Below, in pieces: positions 29,846 to 45,908 of a stretch of DNA of 64,000 bases. The position numbers were made by a program, and so were the translations under genes. Below the pieces are notes generated by a model. The model saw nothing but the letters and a program-made list of their open reading frames with translations. It was not told the origin of the DNA and searched no databases. The DNA comes from Cercozoa sp. M6MM (lineage: Eukaryota; Protista; Endomyxa: Ascetosporea), in the NCBI GenBank assembly GCA_040357565.1, contig JBDODJ010000030.1. The stretch is one strand, 5' to 3'. Position 1 is the stretch's first letter, and each line of letters opens with the position of its first letter.

Positions 29846-31624
29846 ATGGTCCCCTTTTGTGCAGACCTGTCGGCCTTGTCGGATGCTGAATTCGGCGAGC
29901 TTGAGAAACGCATTGTGGCCGAGCTTTCCGAGGCGCGCGAGCGACTGGTAATCTGGCGACGTCCTCTCTCGGTGTTGCAGCACTTCTCATGCTCGGTTGC
30001 TTCTGGTAGTTTTGCTTTTCGTATTTTCGCATTTCGCGAATTTTGCACGTTTCTCTGCTCCGACAGGTGTTGTGGATGCCACAAAAGGCGCTTTGCGCAT
30101 CGCGCGCACGCGACCTGTTCTGGTTGGCATGCTTCTCGCCACTCTGGGCGGCATCGTCGCTGGCAGACTAATCCCAGGCTCTCACACTGGTAAAATTACT
30201 CAAGAGAACTTCCGCAAAAATGAGAAATTTATTGTTCTTTTTGACAGAGTTGTTTGACACTGCCGAAGCTGCAATTATGTGGACTGGCTGGTGGCTGTTG
30301 CTCGGTGTGCTGTCGAGCATCGGACTCGGCACAGGCATGCACAGTGGGTACACTTTTTCTCTCTCTGAATTTGGACAGAAGAGATTGATCTTGTGTTGTG
30401 CAGACTGCTGTTTTTGTTTCCGTTCATCGCTAAGGTTTGTTTGGCTGCCACTACGTGCGGAAACACGGATTTTGCCGTCTACGGTGTATGTTAAGCCTTA
30501 AAGCTCTGTGAGAAGTGTAATTTTTTGACTGATTTTGTTTTTTGTGGGTTAGGATGAGGCGTTCGAGTGCCGTAATAGTCAGGAAGGTCACTGGCCAGGA
30601 TACTGGGCCGTGTTTTTCAAAGTCGCCTACCCGGCCTTTGTCTGGGTAGGACCTGCTTTCTTCCGTTTTTGTGCTGAGTGGTAGGTGTACATAATCATTA
30701 GGGTGCCGGCACTGCGATCGGCGAGATCCCGCCCTACGTCGTGTCACGTGCCGCCAAGTTAGGTAGCTTTAAGCTTTCCATCTGTTGGTCTATTTGTTGG
30801 TCTATTTGTTGGTCCATTTGTTGGTCTGTTTGTTGGTCTATTTGTGCCCCTGTTTGTGTATTAACTTGACTGTGTGTGTAGCCGGCGATGCAGATGCCGA
30901 CGACATTTTCGCCGAGGAGATGGGCATGGGCGACAAGGACAAGGAGGGGTCTGGCGACCAGCAAGCTGGCAACTGGGGTTTCGTCAATGCGATGCGCGAC
31001 TGGATGCTCAAGTACCTCCGGTCGCACGGCTTCTGGGCCATCCTCGCCTTTGCCTCGTGGTAGGAAACAGTAGTATATAGCAGTATGGCACAGTATGGAG
31101 GGTGTGAGCTCAGGCCAAACATGGCGTTCGACTTGTGTGGCATTGCGTGCGGCCACTTTTTGATTCCGTTCGGCACGTTCTTTGGCGCCACTTTCCTCGG
31201 CAAGGCCGTCATCAAGATCGGCATGCAAACGGCCTTCTTTGTGGCGCTCTTCTCGGAACACCTGCTGTCGGCTGTCATTGCTCTGGTGCCAACTGCGCTT
31301 TACCCCCTACCTCTTCTTTACCCTCCCTCGTGCAGTTGGAAGTGCACGCGCCCGACGGCATTGCGAGCAAGGTGGACGAGTTTCTGGAGGCGCAAAAGCG
31401 TCGCTTCCTGGAGGGCAACGTCAGCACGCATGGTACTGCCTTCCTCCTATCCTATCCCATCCCTCTATTTTGTCTGTTCACATCTGTTGTTGATTGACTC
31501 AGAGGAAGAGCCGCAGCCCTTGCTGGCGCGGGCCTGGGGATGGTTTATGGTGCTCTTCATCGGCGGCTTTGCGCTCTCCATCGTGCACTCGTTCGCGCAG
31601 CAGCGCCAGCGCCGGTTCTTTCTT

Positions 31625-31710
<86 letters not shown>

Positions 31711-31720
31711 NNNNNNNNNN

Positions 31721-31769
<49 letters not shown>

Positions 31770-31852
31770 GCATACTCGATGTGCGGTCTCTGCATAGTCA
31801 AGACAAGACCACCGTGGAGGCCTTGCGCACGCGACGCGCCAAGCAGCACTAA
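29846..31852 (+). CDS. VMP1: Vacuole membrane protein 1
   Basis: [27 protein letters not shown]|[20 protein letters not shown] and [11 protein letters not shown]|[34 protein letters not shown]. Confidence 0.93.
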
Positions 31853-32213
31853 CAATCGCGCGCGTTAATGCAATAGTAACTAGCAGTACCTTACATTGCA
31901 TGCGATGCAGCTGCTGAACAGCCTACGCAAACGGATCTTCCGTTCACGACAGTCAAATAGAAAACTTAACTAAAATAATTGATCGCCAGCCGCTGCCGGA
32001 AACAGTCATTTTTCAGGCATGTTTCGTCACGGTTTCCTCTGGCTGGACTCTTCTGGTTGCAATTTATTGCAAAGTACTCGAAAAATGCCTAGCCCAGAAC
32101 ATACTGTACCCTACGCTGAGTGGTCAATTATCAGCTGCGTGACCCTTCTGTCATAGCGTAGTGCATATTCTTCATTTCCTATGAAAACTGGCGGACGACT
32201 GGAACCAACGGAA

Positions 32214-32933
32214 CTACTCAACATCGGCTGGCTCGTCACTGATGCCGAGCTGGTCCTCTAGCTTGCGCAACGATGCCTTGGCCTGCTGCTCGCCCTCAAA
32301 GTACACGGGTCCAATGCGAGAGTAGTCCACCTGCACAAAATGTCTAGTGTACACCAGACCAAGAGGTGAATGAACGGGTTACCTCGCGTCCCTCGGCCTT
32401 GGCAGCGTCAATCTCATTCCGACGACGGTCGAGAAACTCTCGCCAGTCCGTCTTACGCGACTGCCGGCGCATTGCGAGGTACGACACCTGCCAAAACCAA
32501 TCAATCAATCAATCGCAATCAATCAGTCAACCGGTCAATCAGTCAGTCACCAAAAAAAGGTCACAAAAAGGTCAAACGTACAGTCGAGGAGACATTGTCG
32601 AATCGGTTGGCCACGTTGAGTCCAATGAGACACCCGGGCACAAAACCAACGATAGCGAACAGACCGAGACTTCTTCTCACCTTGGCCCAAGTCTGCGTAG
32701 CAGTCAGTCAAACAATCACAGGGGTTTTTTGAAGCACGAAAACGCACCACATCCAGATGTCTGGTCTGTATGGCGCGGTGCGCTAGCATGGAAACGCAGC
32801 AGAAAGCACCCCATTTGGCACCGCCGTTAATCAGCAAGTCATACGTGCGGATCTGCGTCAAGAAATCAAATGGCTTCGCTTTCCGCGTGGGCTGGTCACC
32901 CTCGAGTTGCGCCAAGGGATCCACGTTTCCCAT
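32214..32933 (-). CDS. Small hypothetical membrane protein
   Basis: About 4 exons containing SLGLFAIVGFVPGCLIGLNVA and ending KLEDQLGISDEPADVE*. Confidence 0.55.
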
Positions 32934-33275
32934 GCTTATGCGGTGTTAGCACGCACTCTCTGTCACCACATCTACTATCTGCAGTGATCGGTGAGTTCAC
33001 TTTACTGTAGGTTTCGTCCAACACGACCGTCCGAGTGGACGAGTATTCGAGACGATCATTTCTTGATCGTTGTGCGTCGTGGACTACGGTACGCAGTTGT
33101 GCGAGAGAGTGCAATAAAGTGGCACCTGAGCTGTCTGCACACTCATACTGTGGCACACAGTGCACTAATCGCAGCGTCTGCTTCTGCCTTTTGGTCAGAA
33201 AAATCAAGGCAAAAGAGTCTCCTCGGTGCGCGAACAGAGTCAGCCGGTTTGATTGGTCCAAGGCATGTTCCGACG

Positions 33276-38394
<5,119 letters not shown>

Positions 38395-38582
38395 AGACGG
38401 ACAGAGCCCGTCCACTCATTTATAGAAAGCCAGGTGCGCTGGTGTATCCGTAAGGACTCGGACTGCAGCGTACGCGTAGTTGATCAGGTGTTCCCTTCAG
38501 TTTGTTGTACATATACGTTCAGTTTAACAGTATCGTTAATCGACACGAACTGGCATGTACAGTAACTCGACTGGGACAGTAC

Positions 38583-39355
38583 AGAATAGCCAAAGAGCGC
38601 AAACTCAGCATCGCAGACATTCGCACACTCTCAAGATTCCTCTGCAACAGACTTGGAAGCTTCAAGTACTACAACTACGCCCAAATACCGCGAAAGTGCA
38701 ATGAATGCAATGCCAGAGGCAGACTCAGGACTCCCAACTGCAAGGGATGCAAACAAAGACTACAAAAACGGGAAGTAAGCGAGTGCCCCGACTGCGCGGG
38801 TACCTGGGAAAATGCAGAAGACACTCTCGACACGTACCACCGATTGCTGGAATGCAAGGTAACGGAAGCTATTAGACACAACACCAATGCGGCCCAATGG
38901 CGCACAATTGAAGACATACTGGCCAACCCTGAGAACCTAGCAACACTCAACAGAATGCACCAAGGCACCAAGATCTCCTGGGACGAGGAAGCAACTGTCG
39001 AAGGACAACCAGCCTCCCAGCAGGTAATGGACCGAGAGGTCCCCGACATAGACTAGGCCACCACTCACAGCAGTGGTGGCCCCAAGTCTATGTCTGATTG
39101 CTTGCTTCGTTATCGAGTGGAGAGGCGGGAGGACGACGACGGGACGACCGACACCGCCTGCGACGCCTCTCTACTTGTAGCCCGCTACCTGCACCAACCA
39201 TGAAGTCGACTTCTGTGTCTGGGGAACGTCAAAAGGGGAGTTGTATGGTCCTACCCTAAGCGGGCGGTAGACACGGCCATGCTCTTGTGACCCACCCCAG
39301 ACTGGTGCAGGGGAACTACATAGTTGGTTTCCTAGAAGACTCAACTAACTAACTA
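38583..39355 (+). mobile_element. 5'-truncated LINE (I-group/Ingi-like): ORF2 C-terminus, 3' UTR and (AACT)n tail
   Basis: Perfect 13-bp TSD ACTGGGACAGTAC at 38570-38582 and 39356-39368. An intronless A-rich ORF carries the knuckle CPDC...DTYHRLLEC with a stop at 39056, followed by an (AACT)n tail. Confidence 0.9.
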
Positions 39356-39444
39356 ACTGGGACAGTACGTATAGTAAGTTATACAGTCGAGTCACGGTCG
39401 GTCAATTCGGGATAACGAACGCCCGGGCCATTGACGCGGGTTTC

Positions 39445-41136
39445 CTACATGACGGCGCAGCGACGCGCTTTTGTGCGGCGACCCTTGCAATCGGTGTCGG
39501 CGGGGGCTTCGCGCAACTCGACGTCGAACCACACAGGCGTCTCGTACTGCATTCAAGTGACCTCCCATGAATGAACAACGGTAGGGTGTAAGTTTACCAT
39601 ATCCATGGCAGCGTTGACAAGCAGCAGGTCATCTTCCAGAACACTCTGAGACACAGACGCGATCATTCATCAAGTAAGCCGAGACAAGGGCGCTGATACC
39701 GCATCAACAGACGGCGCAGAGTGATCTTGTTCCAGTGCTTCAACTGCAGCTAGTGTGGTCCAGCCAGCTTCGTCGTGCACATGCCCGAAAATGTGCGCTT
39801 TCAGCGCGCCTTGTTGTCTCAGTTTAGCTACGAAAATCGGTTGCAGTATAACTTCAAGTTGGTGCATGCATATACCCAAGCGTTGGCGCAGTTGCGGACA
39901 GCCCCAGTGTGCGTGTTGTGGGTGTGTTTGGTAGCACTGTCCACATGTACCTAAATTTACAGAGAGTCTGTCCTGTGTTAGATCAAAGTTGAAGTGAAAC
40001 AAACCCGCATTGGTTCTTCGTCTGCGCGAGGCAAGGTCCAGTGCATTGGCAGGTGGCATGTGCGTCACCAAGATGTCTGTGCAGCCTTGTTTGATACAGC
40101 CAGAACTCTTGTGTAACACGACAGGTACCTGTGTCAGAAGGTATACTGCGCCATCGGATGCCCAACTCGCCTCCAGTCGCACTGAACAAGCACACTCATA
40201 AGGAACTGACTTAACAACCAGCAGTAATCCGTACGAGAAAGCCATGTTGCGCGACGAGGTCCATGGCGAGCCGTAGAAACGCAGTGAGTGAACTTCGGCG
40301 GCATTGTCACAGAGATATGTGGCATTGGACAAGAGCCCTGCCATCTGGCAGAAAGAGAAAAGGCTGAACTCAGGCCGACTGAGAGGATATGAATGAATGC
40401 ACCTTCTCTGACGACCAGTTATTCGCGGCGATTTCGTGATTTCCGCAAATCACAATCTTGTGCTCTTCATTCAGACGAAGTGTATATAACATACACTGTT
40501 CAGTTCAACATTCTACACCATGGGGAAGACGCCTCAAGTAGGCATTAAAGTCGCGACACAAATCCTGCAGTTTCGACACAAAAGCAAACTCGAAATATTA
40601 CAGAAAAAATGAAATAATGGACTAAAAAGTCGAACACTACGTTCAAGACATCTTCATTTGAAGTGCGTTTCGCAAAGTCGCCTGTACAAATATAAAAGGG
40701 CAGTACAGTCGACTGTGCGATCAGTAGATCGGTCACACCAGCGTGCACGAGAATGTCGCCGTCCGGAATAATACGTTCGTACTCTTTGTGTCGTTTGTGA
40801 GTGTCGCTGATGCACACGATACGCAGGCTGCGCTTCGGCAGTCCTTCCAAAGTGTCCTGATCTCTATTCAAGGTGTATTTGATGACTTTACTTCCAATAA
40901 CGGCAGTATTTGTTACCTGTAAATCACAACATTCGGTGCACGCACAGTCTGAGGAAATGGGTTTTCGTCGGCATTTCGACTGCCTCCACATCTGTTAGAC
41001 ACTTGCTTTCATTAACCTTGTTCAAATAAAGGGACTGATCAGCTTCTGGAAACCTTCTGGGAAGACTGCCACCCACACTAGACTCATTCTGCCTCAAACG
41101 TGCCGCTGCGGCGGCTGCTGCAGCTGCTGCCGCCAT
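39445..41136 (-). CDS. MPPED/239FB-like metallophosphoesterase ending in CaaX
   Basis: RIVCISDTH, DILVHAG|DF, KIVICGNHE, FYGSPW, DILVTHMPP, HIFGHVHD and LVNAA. The last exon is YETPVWFDV...GRRTKARRCAVM*. Confidence 0.9.
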
Positions 41137-41394
41137 CACACAACACTAAACTCTAAAACAATACGTACTGAGAAGGCAGGAAAAACCTGCCAAAAAATAA
41201 AAGAACTAAACAACCATCTTTAATTGGGGTATTAGTAGCATCCAGGCGTGCCTTAATGTAATGGCTTACTGTCCAAGAATTTATTTGCGTGCTTATGGGG
41301 CTGTATACTGAGAAATTTCCCGTGTCTGATCAAACAACAATGTCAGGATCTCTGCAGATAGTTGCAGCATGCGCTAGATCGGGATCGAAAAAAC

Positions 41395-43651
41395 ATGGGG
41401 GATCTGCTGGCCGCCTTGGCTGCGTTCGATCGTTTCCTAGATGAAAATGTTGTGTTCGTTGTGTTGAGTTGCTTTGCTGCTGCGTACTTGCATCATGTGT
41501 TGCAACACACGCGATCGCGGCACCCACCCGTGCACGGAGTGTTCTTGCCTTTTTTCGGTGCCTTGCCGCAAGTGATCTGGGTGCGTTCAATTCCTGTTCT
41601 AGTTTCAGTTTGTTGCAGAGTACTGAACCATCTGAACGCAGCACAAAGGTCCCGCAGCCTTTGTGCGTCACTTGTGGACGCAGAACGAAAATAAAAAGGC
41701 GCGCACAGGTCAGCTCAGCCTTCAGGTTTATTTTCGAAAGTGTTGGAGTTCGTTTATTCTTCTGTTTTGTCTCGCAGTTCATCTGGCTGGAAGTCGAATC
41801 ACGTGGCTCTTTCATCCCGCCGACTGTCGGCCCTTCCTGCTCGTACAAAATTAAATTCAATCAGTTTCTTTGTTTGTGAAGAAACGCTGAATATACCATA
41901 AATTAACTTTACAGAAATTATGTTGTTGTGGACAATGCACGCAGGCTTCCAAGCGTCCCGGCCAGGGGAGTGTGGACTTCTTTGCCGCGACTGCACCTTT
42001 TGTGAAGTGCTTCGGCGGCACGCGAGAGGCTCATTCGGTACAAATTCACCTCCACAAACTGATAGAGTTGAGTCGATTAAGGTGAGTTTCACTGAATTGA
42101 AAAGTTGATCTGTTTTAACAGAATGCGCACCTGAAAGCGCAAGAGAAGACGCGAACAGAGTTGCAACCGGCGAAACTGATGAATTTCGAGTCGCAACTTT
42201 GCGAGAAAGTGCATGTTTACCTTCACGAAAACTTGCAGAATGAAACTGCAGATTTGATGGACACTGTTTCAACCGTGGTTTTCGACTGTGTGACGCCACT
42301 TTTGTTGCCGGAAGCTGTGTTGAAAGGTTGTTTTGCTTTAGATTGGCACAATCTTGTTTGTCCAAGGGAGTCTTTGCTGCAGAATTCGAGTTGCGAAAGC
42401 AAGAATTGCGACAAGATTTGAACACGTTTGATCGGCACTTTGAAAAGGTAAAATTTAATTTGATTTCGTTTTAACTTAAAACGAGTGTTCTAAGCAGGCA
42501 GCAGGAGTTGTTGGGCTGGGATTCGACTCTATTAACGACTTTGTATTGTGCGTTATCAGCACTGCTTCCCAGTGTGACTGGGAGAAACGACTGATTGTTT
42601 TTGTAAGTTTAGAAGGCAGACGCTGCCAGAGTGGCATACAGCACGCGAACGTTTGTTGCAGTTCATGCAGTGTGTTGTGAGTGCATGCGATGACAACGAA
42701 GACAGTCTCTTTGGCCATGTGTGTCGTATCAGTGGACAAGACACTGGTAAATTTCCCTTCGGTTACAGCTTTTGTCTTGTTGGATGTTGCACAAACTCAA
42801 AGGGCTGTTGCTCGCCTTGCTTTGGGCACTCCACGCCAACCAAGTTCCAACAGTGTTCTGGGCACTCAAACACTTGTCCGATGAGCCCAGTGTTATGGTA
42901 GACTCGTTGTACCCGATTACTTTCTTACCTGGGCTGTTGTGCTGATATCTGAAACGACAGAGCACACTTCGAAAGGACCCAGAGCAGCTTTCGCTGTCCA
43001 ATGTGATCGAAGAGACCTTGCGGTTGCACGCGCCTTTCATCATTGTGCGAAAGGCTCTGAAGGAGGTCGAGTTGCCTTTCTCGCGAACTGTGGTTCCCGA
43101 AGGCAATCTGATGGCCATTTCGCCCACTCTGTGCAATCGAAGCAGTGACGTTTATGACCGACCCGACAAGTTCGATCCCTTTCGTTTCAACAAGAGTATT
43201 CTGTCTTTCCTTTTAAATACAATATCCTGCCTTATAAATAATTTACCTCGCTATCTACCTTCCCTTATAGTGGAGACACACCCAGCACCAAGTGTTAAAT
43301 TCGCCTCTTTCGGGGTCGGTGCCTTCCAGTGTCCTGGCAGGTACCAGACTGCCTTGTCTTTGTTTGATGCAGTCATTGCAGCGACATGAGCGTGACATAG
43401 ACACCTGGGCTACCGCGTGGTGCACATTTTGCTGAAAGAACTCCTGGCCAATTTTGATTTTGCTGCCTCGACACGTGAGGTGCCGATCGATGCCACACGC
43501 ATGTGTGTTCTTCCTTCAGTTCCTGACATACTATGAGTGCTGGCCTAAAGTTCGTTTTGGCTTTCGTTTTAGGGTTGGAACAGCACACCCAGTCGATGGC
43601 TTTAAACTGAGCGGCACCTTTGTGCGCCGTGTACGTATCAAAGAGGATTAG
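41395..43651 (+). CDS. Cytochrome P450, CYP7/CYP39-clan-like
   Basis: N-terminal TM followed by PPVHG..LPFFG; I-helix LLWALHANQVPTVFW; EETLRL; FDPFRF; heme motif FGVGAFQCPG|R. Confidence 0.92.
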
Positions 43652-43722
43652 TCCTGCCAGTGTACTTGACTAGATTGATACCTAGTACGTTACACTCGGG
43701 ATCAGTCACGTTACACTCAGGC

Positions 43723-44768
43723 TCAATCCCACAGATCATCGGCCTCCTCCTCCTGTTGCATTGCTTCCTCGTTGTCTGCTTCCTGCAGCAACCAAACCGA
43801 ATGCAACAAGAGTTCAGCCAAACAGGACAGTTTGAACTGAAGTGGTACAACGCCAATGTCGTTCAAGTCGGCATCTTCGACAGCAGCGGCAGTTGGCGCG
43901 ACAGCAGTCTCGCCGACCAGTCTTTCACGTCGCTGCGATCGTTTCGCCGGCTTGAATTCGCTGCCGCTCGAACCAACGAGCGAATCGAACAGCGTCAGGA
44001 AGGGCGAGCTTCCTCTCGTCTTCCTCTGCGCTCAAAAAAACGAAGCCAAAAATACACAAACACACAAGAGTTTTTTTTTTGAACTTACTGAAATCGCGTT
44101 TCTGAAGCTGTCAGCGTTCTTACTGCAGGCCAGTGTCCTCACTACACTCAAAATACGGCACACAGCGACGCAGGAGAGGTTAGCGTACACCAGGCTGGGA
44201 TTTCGGGTTGCTCTGACGCCCATTGATCGGCGAACTGAGTCGAAACAGAAATACCGAAAATCATCGTCCTCATTTTAATGATAAAAAACTAACCTCAATG
44301 TCAAATTTGGCCACCACATCGTTCATCAGAGCGGTTTCGATCTTTTTCTGGACCTGAGTCAGCAGTCAACCAGTACAATCATGAACAAGGCAGGCAAAAA
44401 CAAGGCAGGAGACACTGACTACCTCAGTGGCATGCGGACGTCCGATCGCGTTGAGTGCGCGCATGCCCTGCGCTATTCGCTCGCTGTGCAAGACAAAGAG
44501 ACAAATGTGTCAACACTACACCAGGATCGAGGCATAGTGGCCCTCACTGTACCGCCGATCCACGAAAGAATCCTGCAGTTGCTGCACACACTGCTCCACA
44601 GCCTGTTGTTCAGGCACGCCTTGCTGTCGCTGCTGTTGGAGGTACAGTCGCACTGTGTGCTCGACACCCAGCTGCGCAACAACGACACGTGCCATTGACG
44701 CTTGTGCAAAGGCAACAAGATACCTCGAGTGCTGCGTCCTGGGAATCCAACGAAACAGGCGCTGTCAT
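43723..44768 (-). CDS. Hypothetical protein with acidic C-terminus
   Basis: Exons ERIAQGMRALNAIGRPHATE|VQKKIETALMNDVVAKFDIE|...EEAMQQEEEADDLWD*. Confidence 0.45.
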
Positions 44769-44940
44769 ACTTTTCTGTGCAGAATTTAACAACAACACAC
44801 GTTAGCAGTCACGCACATTGCTTCAGCGTAACCCCCAATATTTTTAATTTTTGCCATTTCGACACATTCTGAGACAACTTAGAGAAGCAGACCTGAGTAG
44901 GAGTGGTTTAACACTGCGTTGGTGCTATCACTGCGCCAGA

Positions 44941-45634
44941 ATGCGCGTAGTTGAGGCATCGGTTTGTTGTGACGGGCGGTGCGAAGTGCATGATCAAGAT
45001 GACGTAACCTTTCTGAGCGGGAGCGACATGCGCATAGTTGGGAACTACGGTGCTCGACGACGCCAGCCATCGCTGCCACTGGTGCTGACTCCGTGCGAGG
45101 TGTCGTTTCTGCTGCGCCGGCGGTGTCTGCGTCTCCGTAACGACCAGCAGCACGATCGCAGGCAGTGTGATCGACGGTGCCGCCTCGTGTACGCTGCGTT
45201 GTGGCACCGCGGTCTCTACGTCGCCGACGGTCGCAAGTTTGGTGCTGACTTTCTCGTGTACGATGGGCCGCCTCAGAGTTGCCATGCCTCGTACATATTT
45301 CCGTACTGTTAAGGGTATGTCAAGGTGTATTCTTGCTGTGTGGCAGGCACCTCGTTCATGTGTGCTCGGAAATGCCACTGCCTGTCGACTGCATTCGACG
45401 TACTGTTCTTGTGTTTTTCAAATTGTTTCTTGTGTAACTATTCGGGAATCAGTGGTGCGAGCGGCGACTGCTGTGAAGAAAAAGGTGCTGCTCGCGATCA
45501 ACAGCGAGAACAATGAGGACAATGATGATGACGCTATGAGCGACGGTGCTAGTGACGGTGAAGACGATCATGATACCGACAGTGATCGAGCCTTCGATCA
45601 GGTGCAGTTCTTGCAGTTGTCGCGTGCTAGCTAG
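44941..45634 (+). CDS. TSEN34: tRNA-splicing endonuclease catalytic subunit, Sen34-like
   Basis: LPLVLTPCE, VYAALWHRGLYVADGRKFGADFLVYDGPPQSCHAS and VRAATAVKKKVLL. The Tyr/His/Lys catalytic triad is present. Confidence 0.85.
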
Positions 45635-45908
45635 TTTGCCGGCAGGCGATGTTATATAGACGTCGAATACTGACTGCACAGTACCTCTGTTCGTCACTTA
45701 ACACTTTCGTTTACTCCTACTGTACGGTAAGAATTAGCAACATAGAATTTGGAGTCATTCAAGTTGTACATGGTATGGTACAGTGGCACTGTACAGTGTG
45801 ACTATGCGTAATAGACTGAATGAGTACAGTGTGCATATATACAACTGCAATGCCGCGGCAGAACCGGCTCTTAAGGCCGCGACCTACTTCTCGCCGAACT
45901 TTAAAGTT

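Noticed and set aside
38502-38582. N-terminus of the listed 184-aa ORF as a real start
   Set aside because: It is host flank plus TSD, fortuitously in frame with the truncated LINE ORF.
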